Below, one piece after another: positions 14,110-25,885 of a DNA stretch of 64,000 nucleotides. The position numbers and the translations under genes are program-made. Origin of the DNA: Marsupella aquatica (taxonomy: Eukaryota > Plantae > Marchantiophyta); NCBI GenBank assembly GCA_973895155.1, contig OZ316899.1, positions 15,031,974-15,095,973 of the forward strand, in the 5' to 3' direction. Numbering within the stretch: the first letter of the stretch is position 1; each line of letters starts with the position of its first letter. The notes beneath the pieces are model-generated. The model worked only from the letters and a program-made list of their open reading frames with translations. It ran no database searches and was not told where the DNA came from.

Positions 14110-15731
14110 ATGAAGCCCTTGAGACCCCTCATTCCTACTGATGCAGCTGAGAAGGAACAACTCCGAAAAGATCTTACACTAATGGGCTGTGCCTCCTTGA
14201 TGGATCTTACTTGGGGATTTCTGAGTGAAGACATGGTGAGGGAAGTGTTGGCAGGAGTTCCTCCCACAGAATTTCAGAAGACTGCACGAGCTCGACCAGA
14301 AGCTTGGACCAAGGCATTCGTTGGAGAAGCTTTTCAGCTACCAATGAAAGGGAGTGGCTTCTGCCCCAGAGGAGAGAATCTCACAGTGGAATACTTTGGT
14401 GGCAAGATGGATGCCAAAGAAGGATGGACCATCAATCAGTGTACTCACAAGGACCTCAGGAACGTGATGGCATTCCTAGTCCCCCGCATCTATCCAGAGA
14501 AATCAAGGAGGGTGATTCTTAAAGTAGGAAGTACTATCATTGCTTCCTTCTTCAAAACCAGAGAGGTATCATGGGCCACTATCTTCTCAAGTGTTCTAGA
14601 GAAGCAGGTCTCCACCCTGTCCAACAGAGCACCCACTGCTCTCTCCTGTTACTTGGTACATCTATACTCTCATGACCAAACCTTATTCAAACATGAGAAG
14701 AGTGCATTTGGCACCAAGAGCAGCTATGTGAAATATGGAGTCTTGGATCCAGAAATTCAGAACTTACCAGAATCTGAAGATGACCCAGAGCCGGAAGAGA
14801 TCGACTTTGTAGGGCCAACCAGGAAGAGGAAGCTTGACAAATCTGAACCGGCTTCTGATCCAGCTTCTGAACCGGCTTCTGAACCGGCTTTTGATCCGGC
14901 TTCTGAACCGGTTTCTGACCCGGTTTCCTACCCGATGAGTGGCGCTACTACCTCTTCAACCGGTCTTTCACACTCTACCTTACACCATTTTTCTTGTTTA
15001 TTCAAGGATCTTTCAGCCATCAAGACCAAGATGGGAATCATGGAACCAGTGCTCTCAAGGCTCTCCCAGGTGACTGGTGTAGCTCCTGCTGACCTTGTGA
15101 AGAAAGTGGAGGACCTGATGAAAGGAGATGCGAACAAGGTCAAGATTGAGCAGCTAGAGAAGTCATTAGAGGAAGAGAAGAAGAAGAACTATCATCTTGA
15201 ACAGTTGCTGCACAAGGCAAAGGAGAAGACCACAGTGGAGCAACTACTCTTCGATAACATTTCCAGAGCTATGGATCACCTGGAACCCTTAGTAGAAACC
15301 AAGGGAGAGGACCTGGTACAGACCCAACTATTCAGGCAGTACTTCATTGATGTACCCAATCCCCTTCTCATGCCCTTAGTCATCTAGATTGCACATGACT
15401 ATGGTGACAAGGTGGAAGAATGCCTCTCTGCCCTCAAGCTTATCCTTGCTGAACTGAAGAAATTCTATGACCTTTCTAATGAGGAGCAGACTCAATTTGC
15501 AGAGAAGGTCACTGTTCCATCTCCACAGGTGACACCAGCAGAAGGATGGGCTGACTCTCCTGATACTGATATCACTTCTACCACAGTTACACCCAATTTT
15601 CACCCATTCCGACCTCACCATTTACTATTACCTTTGGAGGTATCACTTTCATGCCAAACCCTCTCAACTCCATTGACCCAACAGTAGACTCCACATCGGT
15701 GAAGCCTGACACTTCAAATCCTGAAGAGTAA
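14110..15731 (+). pseudogene. Accessory protein: plant-transposon domain (Athila-ORF/PMD-like) plus EPAS repeats plus coiled coil; frameshifted near the C-terminus
   Basis: The 425-aa ORF aligns by eye with Gypsy ORF3 at 29299: MG...L..L.W; R.RP..WT; NGW/EGW...C; FL.P..YPE...R; (S/N)W; L..YL.H.Y. 12-bp repeats at 14843-14930. Confidence 0.7.
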
Positions 15732-16586
15732 AAAGTTATTCCATCCGGAAGTTGAACCGGCTTCCCATCCGGTTTCCCACCCGGTTTTTGATCCGGTTTC
15801 GTGTTTGAAGCCCTATAAAACTTAGTATAGGAAGAATTAGACTTTGAATTTTTGCTGAGCACTTTATCTCATAGTCTAGTTTCAGACTTTAGCATTACTT
15901 TTTACTTTTACACTTAGGTTAGGAATTGAAGAGGCATACCTCTTCAACTTTTGTTTAGAAGAAACTTGTCCCTAAGTATAAGAGGGAAAGTCTCCATCAT
16001 TTTACTCAGACTTGCATTTCACTTTTGAAAGTCTCCTTCTTTGAAGAGAAGTAATAGATTCATAATTTTGGTGATCTATGCTTTGTGTTTGGACATTAGT
16101 GTGTGACCATTCTTGCTAGAAAATCTATGGAAAGTGACTATCAATGTCATAGTTAACCTTTAGGCTGACTGGAAATGCATGCCTGAGACCATGCAAAGGT
16201 CTAAAGATTCATGTTGACTATGGAATACTTATGGCTTATTAAGTATTAGTGGAAGAAGCATCATACGAGAACTCACAAATTGCGTAGTCCTAAAAGAGCA
16301 ATCTGAAGGATTGAATAGAAGAATAAGTTAGTTTGGAGTAATCAGTACCACCTTTGCCTTGACATAGGTCAGAAAGTTAATACGGGCTATCTTATATGCA
16401 TCTTTTTACAAATTCTTAGATGGTTGGCTTTAAAGACGAGCTTTAGGCATCAGCCTAATTTAGTCAGACTCTCTATTGACTCTTAATCGTGCCTAACTTA
16501 GTCATAGATTGCTAAGTGGTGAGAGAAGATGAGACATTTAAGGCTCGCCTAATCCTATCTTTACGCCTTTGGCTTTTGGTTGTTTT

Positions 16587-16745
16587 TGTTATGAGTTAAA
16601 CCTAACCCGTTAACCCTAGGTAATAGAGGTTAAGGAGTAGTTACTCCTTAACCTCCATATAACCCCACATATGTACCAAACATTAACATTAATATAGATG
16701 TTGGAGATTGGAGTACATTCTGGCTATGGTGTCCTCATTCTAACA
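16587..16745 (+). repeat. Copia 5' LTR
   Basis: TG...CA direct repeat of 36213-36371. Differences are a 6-nt block and one base near the end. Confidence 0.95.
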
Positions 16746-17342
16746 CGTTATCAACGCGTCTCATTGAGCAATGTATATAGGCCAATAGTAGAAGAACTTA
16801 CGAACATGCAATTTGATTACCCTCCATCTATAGGAAAGAAATTGAATACATCCTCAGGAGGATAGTACAGCCATGAAAGGACAATTTTACATAGTTGTTT
16901 CCCCTTAAGACCCAGGAAGGATTGAAATCATAGGAACAGTCTTCCTCTCGCACATGACCTGTTATGCGATCCCACATTCAAAGACCAAGATGTAAATGGC
17001 CCGGAAATAGCATAGATTACACTCAGGATTCCGAAGACCATTGATAACAACAAATCCAAAGTGCGCCCTCATGAAATTGCTCGAGATTATGGACATTTGA
17101 TTGCGTACAGACAACATCGAGTATAAATTCACAACAGGAAGCGGCCTACAAAGGGAAGTCATACAAACATTTGTGAATCCCTAATCATTGATCAAGGATC
17201 TAATATTTACTCATGTCATAGTACCACTACAAAATTAAGCTCACACACCAAATTGTGAGAGGGGGATCATTGACATTTCAAAACCGTTGAGAAGGCCTAC
17301 AATATCCGCATCAGAAGAAGACCATAAATAAACTACACTTAT

Positions 17343-20223
17343 ATGGCAAAGATGACGCTAGAAAAACAAAGCTTCCAAGAATTGGCCATAGATGGATCAA
17401 ATGATCTATCGTGGTCCCTAGATATGGAGGCACATTTAGCAGCTAAGGACATACCAGATACTATAATCACAGATAATGGGCCCACATTACGTGAAAAAGC
17501 TAAGGCCCTGGTTTTCATGAGGCACCACCTAGTAGAGGCCTTGAAAACCCAATACTTAAATGAGTACAATCCGAGAATACTATGGGACGAATTAAAACTC
17601 CGATTTGATCATATGCGATTGATCTCATTGCCAACAGCGAGGCATGATTGGATCAACCTAAGGGTCCAAGACCACAAGACCATAGCAGAGTACAATAGCA
17701 AATTATTTTGCATAGTATCACAACTCGCGGTCTGCGGCAACCCAGTTGACGATGCTGAGCAGATCGAGAAGACCCTGTCGACGTTCCACCCAACAAATTT
17801 GGTATTAGCGGCTCAATACAGAAATATGGCATTCACAAGATACTCCCAGTTAATAGCACATATGCTATTAGCGGAGAAGCACCAAATCTTACTTATGGAG
17901 AATTCAAAAACAAGGCCCCCGGGTACTCTCCCACCCTTAACGAAACCAGAATCACAATATAACAGCAATAATCGAAGGGGTTTCAGGGGGAGGAGTACCT
18001 ATAGGGGGCGGGGTGGACGATCTGCAGGAAGAGGAAGAAACCAATTTCCCAGAGGAAGAGGTGCAGGATGCATCAATAACTCTGTAAATGACAAACCAAG
18101 GTGGCAGAGCCGAAACACGGATCGCGGCAGAGGGCGTGGAAGAATCAGCAACTACGGCATACCAGATAAGAGATACAACCCAATCAAATGCTTTAGATGT
18201 GGTACACACGGACACACAAGAAAAGATTGCAGGGCTCCATCACACCTAGTTAATCTTTACCAGGATTCAATAAACAAACCTACAAAAGAATCCCAAGGCA
18301 ATTTCCTAGAATTACATCAAGACCTCGCGCAATATGTTACCGAACCCCCATCACCGGAAATACATACAATTACCTATGGAGCGGAGGATTCCAAACTAGC
18401 AGACCCAACACTCTGTATAATCGACATCGGCACCTCACACACAATTTAAAAGAGAGAAAATACTTCACCAACATTACCCCATCATCAAGAACCATCACAA
18501 CAATTTCTGGCCAAAAACAGATAGAACACGGGCATGGTCCAGCTACTGTCACACTCCCGAGAGGGACTGTGATCCACATTGAATCTGCAATTTATGCACC
18601 AACAGCCACCAGAAATCTGATTAGCTTTCTGGACATCCGAGCAAATGAACTACATATCTCCACCAGCACCCACAACAATCAAGAAGTCTTGCAAATCCTT
18701 AAGAAAACACCCAAGGGACTACAAGTCCAAGAAATACTCTAGGCACAACCCCCAGGATTATATGTGACTCCAATACAATCACACTATGCTGAGCATAAAA
18801 AGCAGCATATTGCCATTACTTGGCATCACCGGTTGGGACACCCTGGCACAAACATGTACCATAAAATTCTTAAAGACTTAGTGGGCATCCCACAAGCAGC
18901 AAAAACATCCTTTAAACATGATCCCTGCATAGCATGTTTGCAGGGTAAATTTATTACCCGCCCATCGATTACCAAGACAGTGCATACTATCCCTAAGTTC
19001 CTAGAACACCTCAACGCTGATGTTTGCGGCCCTATCAAGCCATCCAGTGGCCCATTCAGATTCTTTTTGGTTATGATTGACTCATCAACCAAGTGGTCAC
19101 AGGTGTCCCTCATATCCACAAGAAACTTAGTATTCTCACGAATATTAGTAAATATACTTAAGTTGAGAGCACAGTTCCCGGAACATCCCATAAGAATATT
19201 GAGAGTTGATGGAGCTGGGGAATTCACTTCAAAGACATTCAATGAATTATGCCTTACCGCTGGAATAGAAGCCCAGTATCCCGTCCCATATGTACATTTC
19301 CAAAACGGGATGGCAGAGTCAGTGATCAAAAGAATACAACTCATTGCACGTCCACTATTGATGCAAAGCAAACTCCCAGCCACAGCATGGGGACATGCTG
19401 TACTTCACGCAACATCTCTATTACAGTATAGACCCTCATCTTTCAATTCATTGTCCCCCCACCACCTTGCATATGGACTACCACCAGACGTTACCCACCT
19501 GAAAACATTTGGATGTCAGGTGCTCGTCCCAATTTTGGGCCCTAAACGAACAAAGATGGGCCCTCAGAGGCAAACAGGAATCTATGTAGGTTTCGATTCA
19601 CCATCTATCATAAGATTCCTAGAACCCACAACAGGGGACGTCTATAAAGCCAGGTTTCAGGACTGCCACTTCTTTGAAACAATTTACCCCACCCTAACAA
19701 CCGGAAAGCGAGAAGACACGGAGGCAGTATCTAAGTTACTATGGCACACTAATGAAATACTCCCCAATGACCCACGGACGAGACAAGCAGATGCAGAAGT
19801 CAGGCGAGTATTACATTTAAAACAGATGCTGAGCACATTACCTGATGCGTTCAACGATGCTGTTGCTATAACTCGCTCCCACATAGAAGCTGCAAATGTA
19901 CCTGCACGAATTAAACCAATGCCAACTGAAACATCAGAGGCATTACCACGACTTAAGAGGGGCCGCCCCCCTGGATCCAAAGATTCTCGACCTAGACAGA
20001 CCAGACATACCACCCCTACAACAATACCAACTATAGACAACCACACTGCCACACATAATACCATTCCACCACAAGACAATGACGAGATAACCATCCAGTA
20101 TATGCACACAGGAAAAGTATGGCAGAGAGAACATACCACAATTGATGACCAATTTGCCTTCCTAATTGCACAGGAGATTACTAATGATACTCCAGATCCG
20201 CTGACAGTGCAGGAAGCTCAGAG
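17343..20223 (+). pseudogene. gag-pol: Copia gag-protease-integrase (frameshift at ~18447, stop at ~18740)
   Basis: CFRCGTHGHTRKDC zinc knuckle, IIDIGTSHT protease site, WHHRLGHPG GAG-pre-integrase, and a DDE core (ADVCGP, RVDGAGEF, MAES). Confidence 0.92.
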
Positions 20224-21613
20224 TGTGGTATGGGTGTCCCTGCAATTTTTTCTGGAAACTTGTTTATTTTTAGCATATCACAAGATTTACTTACACTTTA
20301 GACACCTTCCGGCCAACATTTACTTGTTCTGGACACTTATAGAAATATTTGACATCTCCGGCTTTCCTGACGATTCCTAGTGTACTTTGCCCGACGCTGT
20401 GACCAGCGCCCGTTTCTTTTACTCAAGACGCTGCGGAAGCGTCCAACCTCCTCATGACGCTTTTGGCAGTGCCCGACCGCCACCAAGACTCTATGAGGAT
20501 TTCGACCGACGCTGTGGAAAGCGTCAGCTTCAACACACGACGCTGTGAGCAGCGTCCACCCTAGTATTGACGCTGTGAGCAGTGTGAGCAGCGTCCGTTG
20601 GTTTTACTTAAGACGCTTCTAGCAGCGTCCAGATTCTCCCGACGCTTCTAGCAGCGTCCGCTCAACACTTAGTTTTTGAAGTAGATTACTAGTAAAGTAG
20701 TATTCTACCACCCTTGTTGAAGTACTTATGCTGTGCTTCTCCCTTGTTTAGTTTTAAGCTTGGAAAGGCACGACTGTTCTTACCTCCTCCATTTTAGGAT
20801 TCCAGCACTTATAAGACAGAGTAGAATGCTCATTTGAAGTAGAGAGAAATAGAGTTAATACTGTATTCAGAATTGAGTCTTCTGAATAGTTTTCTCCTCC
20901 TTCCATTATAACAAGGCATGCTGTGAGTGTTTTGTATGGAAGTAAAGCTATATTGATTGAAGTTAAGATTGAATTTAAGAGATTCCTGTGGTGATTGAAT
21001 TCAGTTGCAGATTTCTGAAACTCGTATTGAATTCACTGCTAGGCTTGCTTGCAGAGTCGGGATTCGCTAGCCAATTCAAGAATAGTTAATGATAAATGAG
21101 AAGTAAATTCTGATTCTCAGAGTAGTTAGTACTGTTGCTTTGATTCTGGAATATGGTTTAGAGTTTGACTGAATTGCGTATCGCTGATGTCAAACCATGT
21201 TGACGGCATTTTAAATCATATCATTCATTTGCAATCAGAAAGCTTCTGCTTCATCAGATTGAGAATTCCATTATCATTAACCTTTGTGTTTTGAAGAGTG
21301 AGATGGATGAATTATGAGATAGATTTCATGTCTATACTGAGCCCAAATCCTTTCTGAAGGAGTGGCAGTAGCAGTTTGTAGTCTCTAAATCCTTACTCAT
21401 TTCTTCTCTAATTCATAAATCAGAAGTTCAGTTACTTTGTTGTTTGTTTATTCGATTTTTTTATTGAGAAGTGAAGTCAACATAGAGCTCAAGACTCTAA
21501 ATCACTCGGAGTGATAAAAGTTATACAATTCATTCTGAAATCTGTTCTTAAAGGGATCGAAACCCTGGTTTTAGGTGAGGAGAGTCACTTTTGATACTTA
21601 GCACTATACGACA
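20224..21613 (+). repeat. Gypsy 5' LTR
   Basis: TGT...ACA direct repeat of 32382-33771. Confidence 0.97.
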
Positions 21614-21619
21614 TCTTTT

Positions 21620-21637
21620 TGGCGCCGCTGCCGGGGA
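21620..21637 (+). promoter_or_regulatory. Primer-binding site (Athila-type, tRNA-Asp-related)
   Basis: TTTTTGGCGCCGCTGCCGGGGA just after the 5' LTR. It matches the Athila consensus TGGCGCCGTTGCCGGGGA. Confidence 0.85.
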
Positions 21638-22831
21638 ACGAATTTAAGATTGAATTGATGTACAGGCAGTGTATGCCAGAAGGAGCTAGACGGGAGAGGA
21701 ATTCACGTTCTACTATAATTGTGAAGATGCGTCATCACTCCAGTTAAAAAGATGAAGAGCTTCCATTTCGAGGTGATGCCGTACTCTATCCAAAGCGCCC
21801 CGGAAGCTCTCTTAAGAGTATTGGAAAAATTTGTGGTGCCAAACTTAAGAGAAGAAACCGCCCTCCCACCAGAAAAGGCCTCACAGAGAGGAGCTGTTGC
21901 TCGTCAAGTTGCTTTGGAGATAGTCGAAGACACCAAAGACACTTTGAGTGACAAGTGAAGTTATTCTAACGTTGCTCGGGACGTATGATTTGTAAAATTG
22001 TCCAACCATCCTGGTTCGTGTGACCGATGCCACCTATCCAATCTTTGGGAACATTAAGAATTAGGAATTTGAGGAATCGTTATGTTAATTCTTGGGTTCT
22101 GAGCCTGAGAGGGAGGAATGGCATACATTGGTTAACTATCACCTGGTGGGAAGATGAAAGTTTGCATTTAGTAATATTAAGGCTGAATGGTAGGATCACA
22201 CAGGAGTGATATTTAGTCATTTCCATTCGGGAGTTAGCGGAAAGAATCATGCACCAGGAATTGCGTAGAAGATTAGGAAGGAGTTAGACGTCTGATTAGT
22301 AGGATGGCCTAGTGTAGCGTACCATGTGGTAAAGAAATTTCAGGGTGAAGGAAGTCGGAGATTATGGGGAACGCCCGGTTCCAGTAATCGCCACCGTAAA
22401 GGAGATAAGGAAGGACGCCGCGAAGAGCGTCCAATGCGATTCGTCCCAGAAGATTCCGCAAGTCAGGACGCTTCGAGTAGCGTCCGATCCCAGTGGACGC
22501 TGTGAGCAGCGTCCGGTGGAATCTGTGACGAACCAACGTGCGCGACGCTTCTGGTGTGCCTTTCCGCGTCTCAACCTGAAGGACGCACCAGAGAAAACGA
22601 GGTTTTAGAATCTCGGCTGGTCACTGAAGGGAAGTATTAGCTACGGGATAGCAAGGGGGAGGAATCATGCAAGGGATGTTGAACGACGCTACGGGAAGTC
22701 ACTTTGAGGAAGCAGGTTCATATCTCCCGGAGTGGGGTGATAACGTCGCACCTAAATGGTGACTCCTTGCATAAAGACTCCTGAGGAGCGGGTCTGGTGT
22801 CTCAAAATCACCCGTGCTTGGAGAATGAGGG

Positions 22832-25800
22832 ATGTCTGAGGGAGATCCACCGAATAAAAGAAAACCTACCAAGACCTCCAGTAATTCGGATGCTGCAAAA
22901 TTAGTAGTGACCCCTCGCACATTGTTACCCGAATTCCAGTCACCAGGAGCACCTGCACCGGGTAGTGTGTGGAAACAAGTGGGATCTATTCAAGAGGCAA
23001 GTGGCTCTTTGGAAAGGCCCACGTCCACCCGACCCCTGTTTGTAAATCTTCGTTCAGGTCCAAAACTTATTGGTTCTCAAAAGACCAAGCTCCGCCAGCA
23101 GACAGTACGTTCGGTGAACCAAATTGACTCTGGTGTGGATAGTACCACTGAGAGGGCCTTATCTCATACCGAAGGAAGAAATTTGGGTTTGCCCGAGAAT
23201 ACAGTTGCAGAATCGCTGGCCCAGGATAATTCTGTCGATCTTTCACAATTGGATAATCCAGAACCACTGAGTGAAGCCGGTGGTTCGTCTTCTAGTGAGA
23301 CAAGCAGCAGTTCAGGCTTGGGCAGCCCAAACCCATTTGCTACCCGATCAGCTCTTCCTTTCGTTACCCTCCTAGCTCCAACCACGATGGCTCGAAATAA
23401 TGTGAGGTACGACCGGTTCTTCGGTACTTCCAAGGAGGATGCAGAGGTGTATTTGAAAGAATTTGAAGCTGCAGCTGCATCCAATGGACAGAGTCAAGAC
23501 GCTGAAAAAGCCAATCTGTTTGGTGGTCTAATGAAAAAGGGTGCTCAGAAATGGTATGACCGTTTTCCGGACAAGCAGGATTGGGGGAAATTGAAGGCTG
23601 CTTTCTTGGCCAAATATAAAGAAGAAGGAGCAGCTGCGCGTGCCTTTGCCCGAATCTCACATCTGCACATGAAGAAACATGGGTCTGTGAGGAAATATGC
23701 CGACAAATTATTGGATTTGGTAGATCAATATAATCCAGCTACCTCGAAATCTACTATCAAGGACTGGTTTATTAACGGTTTACCCTCCAGGATTGCTCGT
23801 TACGTGAGACGAGAAGGTGGCACCACTTTGGAAGAAGTACAAGAGGCAGCCCAGAAGTACGTAGACTCGGAGATTTCAGAGAGAAAACGAGTTAAGAAGG
23901 ACCTGAAGAAAGACAAAAGAAAGAAGAAGAAAACGTCCAGGTCTAAATCTGACTCGGAGACGGAATCAAGTGAAAGTAGCACTAGTGAGGAGGACGAGAG
24001 TACAAATTCGAGCACTAGTGATAGTTCAAGCTCAAGTTCCGACTCAGAATCCGTTGCTCCTAAAAAGAAGAAATCCTCTGTAAAAGGGAATAATAAAGTT
24101 CCCAACCAGAAGAAGATGGATCGCATGATGGAAGAACTCTCTGGCCAATTGTCCAAGTTGAATGTCAATATCGCCGCGGTAAAACCAGTACGAAGGTTGC
24201 CTGCTCCCATGAGAATGAACGTATGGTGCACCCGATGCAGTCAGCAGGGCCATTACCCGAACGAGTGCCCCACATTACGAACCCCGGTGAATTATGTAGA
24301 TGGTCAAGAAGAGGCTGAGGAGTATGAGTACGATCCCACGTATACCGTCCAAACAGCACCCCCTGGACAGTATTTCCCACCACCTCCTGCTTCCAGACCG
24401 ACTTGGGGACCACCTAAGCCCACTTTCAATAAACCAACGTCAAGACCACCCATGGGACCCCCGGGAGGATACCCACCACGAGGAATGCCGCGTCAAAAAG
24501 GGGCTTGTTGGAATTGTGGCCAACCTGATCATTATTCACCCCAGTGCCCTTATCCCAAACAGGAGGTGGGGTATACACCTGTCTGTGGGAACTGTGGAAA
24601 AGAAGGACACTTACCGGTGGAATGCCCGAATCCGGCTAAGCCTAGGCTGATGGTTCGATTTGCTCAAGAGCCAGTTAAAGAAGCAAGTCGACCTGAAGCC
24701 AAGATTCGGATGATTTATTCTGAAGAGATGGAGCAATGCAGCTTCATTCAACATATGGATGTAAATCGGGTGGAATTAAAGCCAGATTCACTTTTTCATC
24801 AACCAGTATCCGGGGTGGTGCCTGATGTCTTGGTAAGTCATTTAGTGAAACCTGAAGTAGTTGGTATGCCGAATGATCGAGTTCAGAATCGGGATAAAGT
24901 TCTGACTAATATTTACGCAACTACTCGTTCGAAGAAAAAGGAGACCAAGAAGCACGAGCATCAGAAGGTCGCGAAAGCTCCCAAGGATGAAGGGCGCAAG
25001 CCATGTAAGGAAGGCCTCGACAAAGAAGACGACCCTGCTTATGACCGATATGACCCAAAATACTTCTTGCCCGACATCTCTTTGGAAGTGAAAGACCATC
25101 TGGAAGAGCTAGTTAAGGAGCAAGTGCAATCTCCTAACCCACCAGTAGTAGTCAAAGCTAAAGAGCCACTGAAAAATCCAGGTTATGATATTGTTGAAGA
25201 TGTCAAGAATCATCCTGCACATATCACCATTGGGGAATTATTACAGGACAATCCGGTTTATAGGCGACAGCTGAGGAGCCTCCTTGCAGGAAAACGGAGG
25301 AAGAAGAAGTTACCTTCTGTGGATGTGCTACGAACAGAGTGGGAGGACAAAGGACCGATGGAAATTGAGGTTCAAATCCAGGGGTGTGTCATTCGGAGAG
25401 TTCCTGTGGATGGAGGAGCCAGCGTTAATCTGATTACACAGTCAGCAACATTTAATTTGGGTTTCACTAAGTTTGAGCCCACTCCCAAGATTTTGCGCAT
25501 GGCGGATCAGTCTCGTGTGGTACCCATAGGGAAGCTGACCAAAGTAGAAACTTTGATTGCTGGTGTCCCTTTTCTGTTGGATTATGTGGTTATTAATCCG
25601 GAAATACCATCCAGCTTTCCTGTTTTGTTAGGCCGACCATGGTTGTATAAGGCTCAAGTTCAGGTTAATTGGCAATCTCAAGAGCTTTCATTTGGGAAGC
25701 CTAAGGTGACTGTTAGTTGGGTTCCGGAACCACATTTTGGAGAAACACAAACAGATGATGGGTACACCTCGGATTTTTCGACCTCTTCGCTAGTCCTGCA

Positions 25801-25885
25801 GCCATTGGAATTTGAACTGGAGGAAGTTCGTTACTTGGAAGTTTATCTGTCTGATGCTCCCATAAAACCAACTAGGCCCTCCTGA
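22832..25885 (+). CDS. gag: Gypsy Gag (three CCHC zinc knuckles) plus aspartic protease
   Basis: Retrotrans_gag-like region (A..WY...W..LK.AFL.KY; FINGL). Knuckles CTRCSQQGHYPNEC, CWNCGQPDHYSPQC and CGNCGKEGHLPVEC. Protease VDGGASVN...LLGRPWL. Confidence 0.93.
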   Translation: MSEGDPPNKRKPTKTSSNSDAAKLVVTPRTLLPEFQSPGAPAPGSVWKQVGSIQEASGSLERPTSTRPLFVNLRSGPKLIGSQKTKLRQQTVRSVNQIDSGVDSTTERALSHTEGRNLGLPENTVAESLAQDNSVDLSQLDNPEPLSEAGGSSSSETSSSSGLGSPNPFATRSALPFVTLLAPTTMARNNVRYDRFFGTSKEDAEVYLKEFEAAAASNGQSQDAEKANLFGGLMKKGAQKWYDRFPDKQDWGKLKAAFLAKYKEEGAAARAFARISHLHMKKHGSVRKYADKLLDLVDQYNPATSKSTIKDWFINGLPSRIARYVRREGGTTLEEVQEAAQKYVDSEISERKRVKKDLKKDKRKKKKTSRSKSDSETESSESSTSEEDESTNSSTSDSSSSSSDSESVAPKKKKSSVKGNNKVPNQKKMDRMMEELSGQLSKLNVNIAAVKPVRRLPAPMRMNVWCTRCSQQGHYPNECPTLRTPVNYVDGQEEAEEYEYDPTYTVQTAPPGQYFPPPPASRPTWGPPKPTFNKPTSRPPMGPPGGYPPRGMPRQKGACWNCGQPDHYSPQCPYPKQEVGYTPVCGNCGKEGHLPVECPNPAKPRLMVRFAQEPVKEASRPEAKIRMIYSEEMEQCSFIQHMDVNRVELKPDSLFHQPVSGVVPDVLVSHLVKPEVVGMPNDRVQNRDKVLTNIYATTRSKKKETKKHEHQKVAKAPKDEGRKPCKEGLDKEDDPAYDRYDPKYFLPDISLEVKDHLEELVKEQVQSPNPPVVVKAKEPLKNPGYDIVEDVKNHPAHITIGELLQDNPVYRRQLRSLLAGKRRKKKLPSVDVLRTEWEDKGPMEIEVQIQGCVIRRVPVDGGASVNLITQSATFNLGFTKFEPTPKILRMADQSRVVPIGKLTKVETLIAGVPFLLDYVVINPEIPSSFPVLLGRPWLYKAQVQVNWQSQELSFGKPKVTVSWVPEPHFGETQTDDGYTSDFSTSSLVLQPLEFELEEVRYLEVYLSDAPIKPTRPS

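Noticed and set aside
16760-17000. Possible decayed duplicate of the integrase C-terminus in the Copia leader (PSI...G.Y, KTKM)
   Set aside because: The similarity is too short and weak to support by eye.
18441-18452. Programmed -1 frameshift (TTTAAAA) at the Copia gag/pol junction
   Set aside because: The heptamer is not in X XXY YYZ phase with the gag frame and falls inside the protease. A 1-bp deletion in an already decayed copy is simpler.
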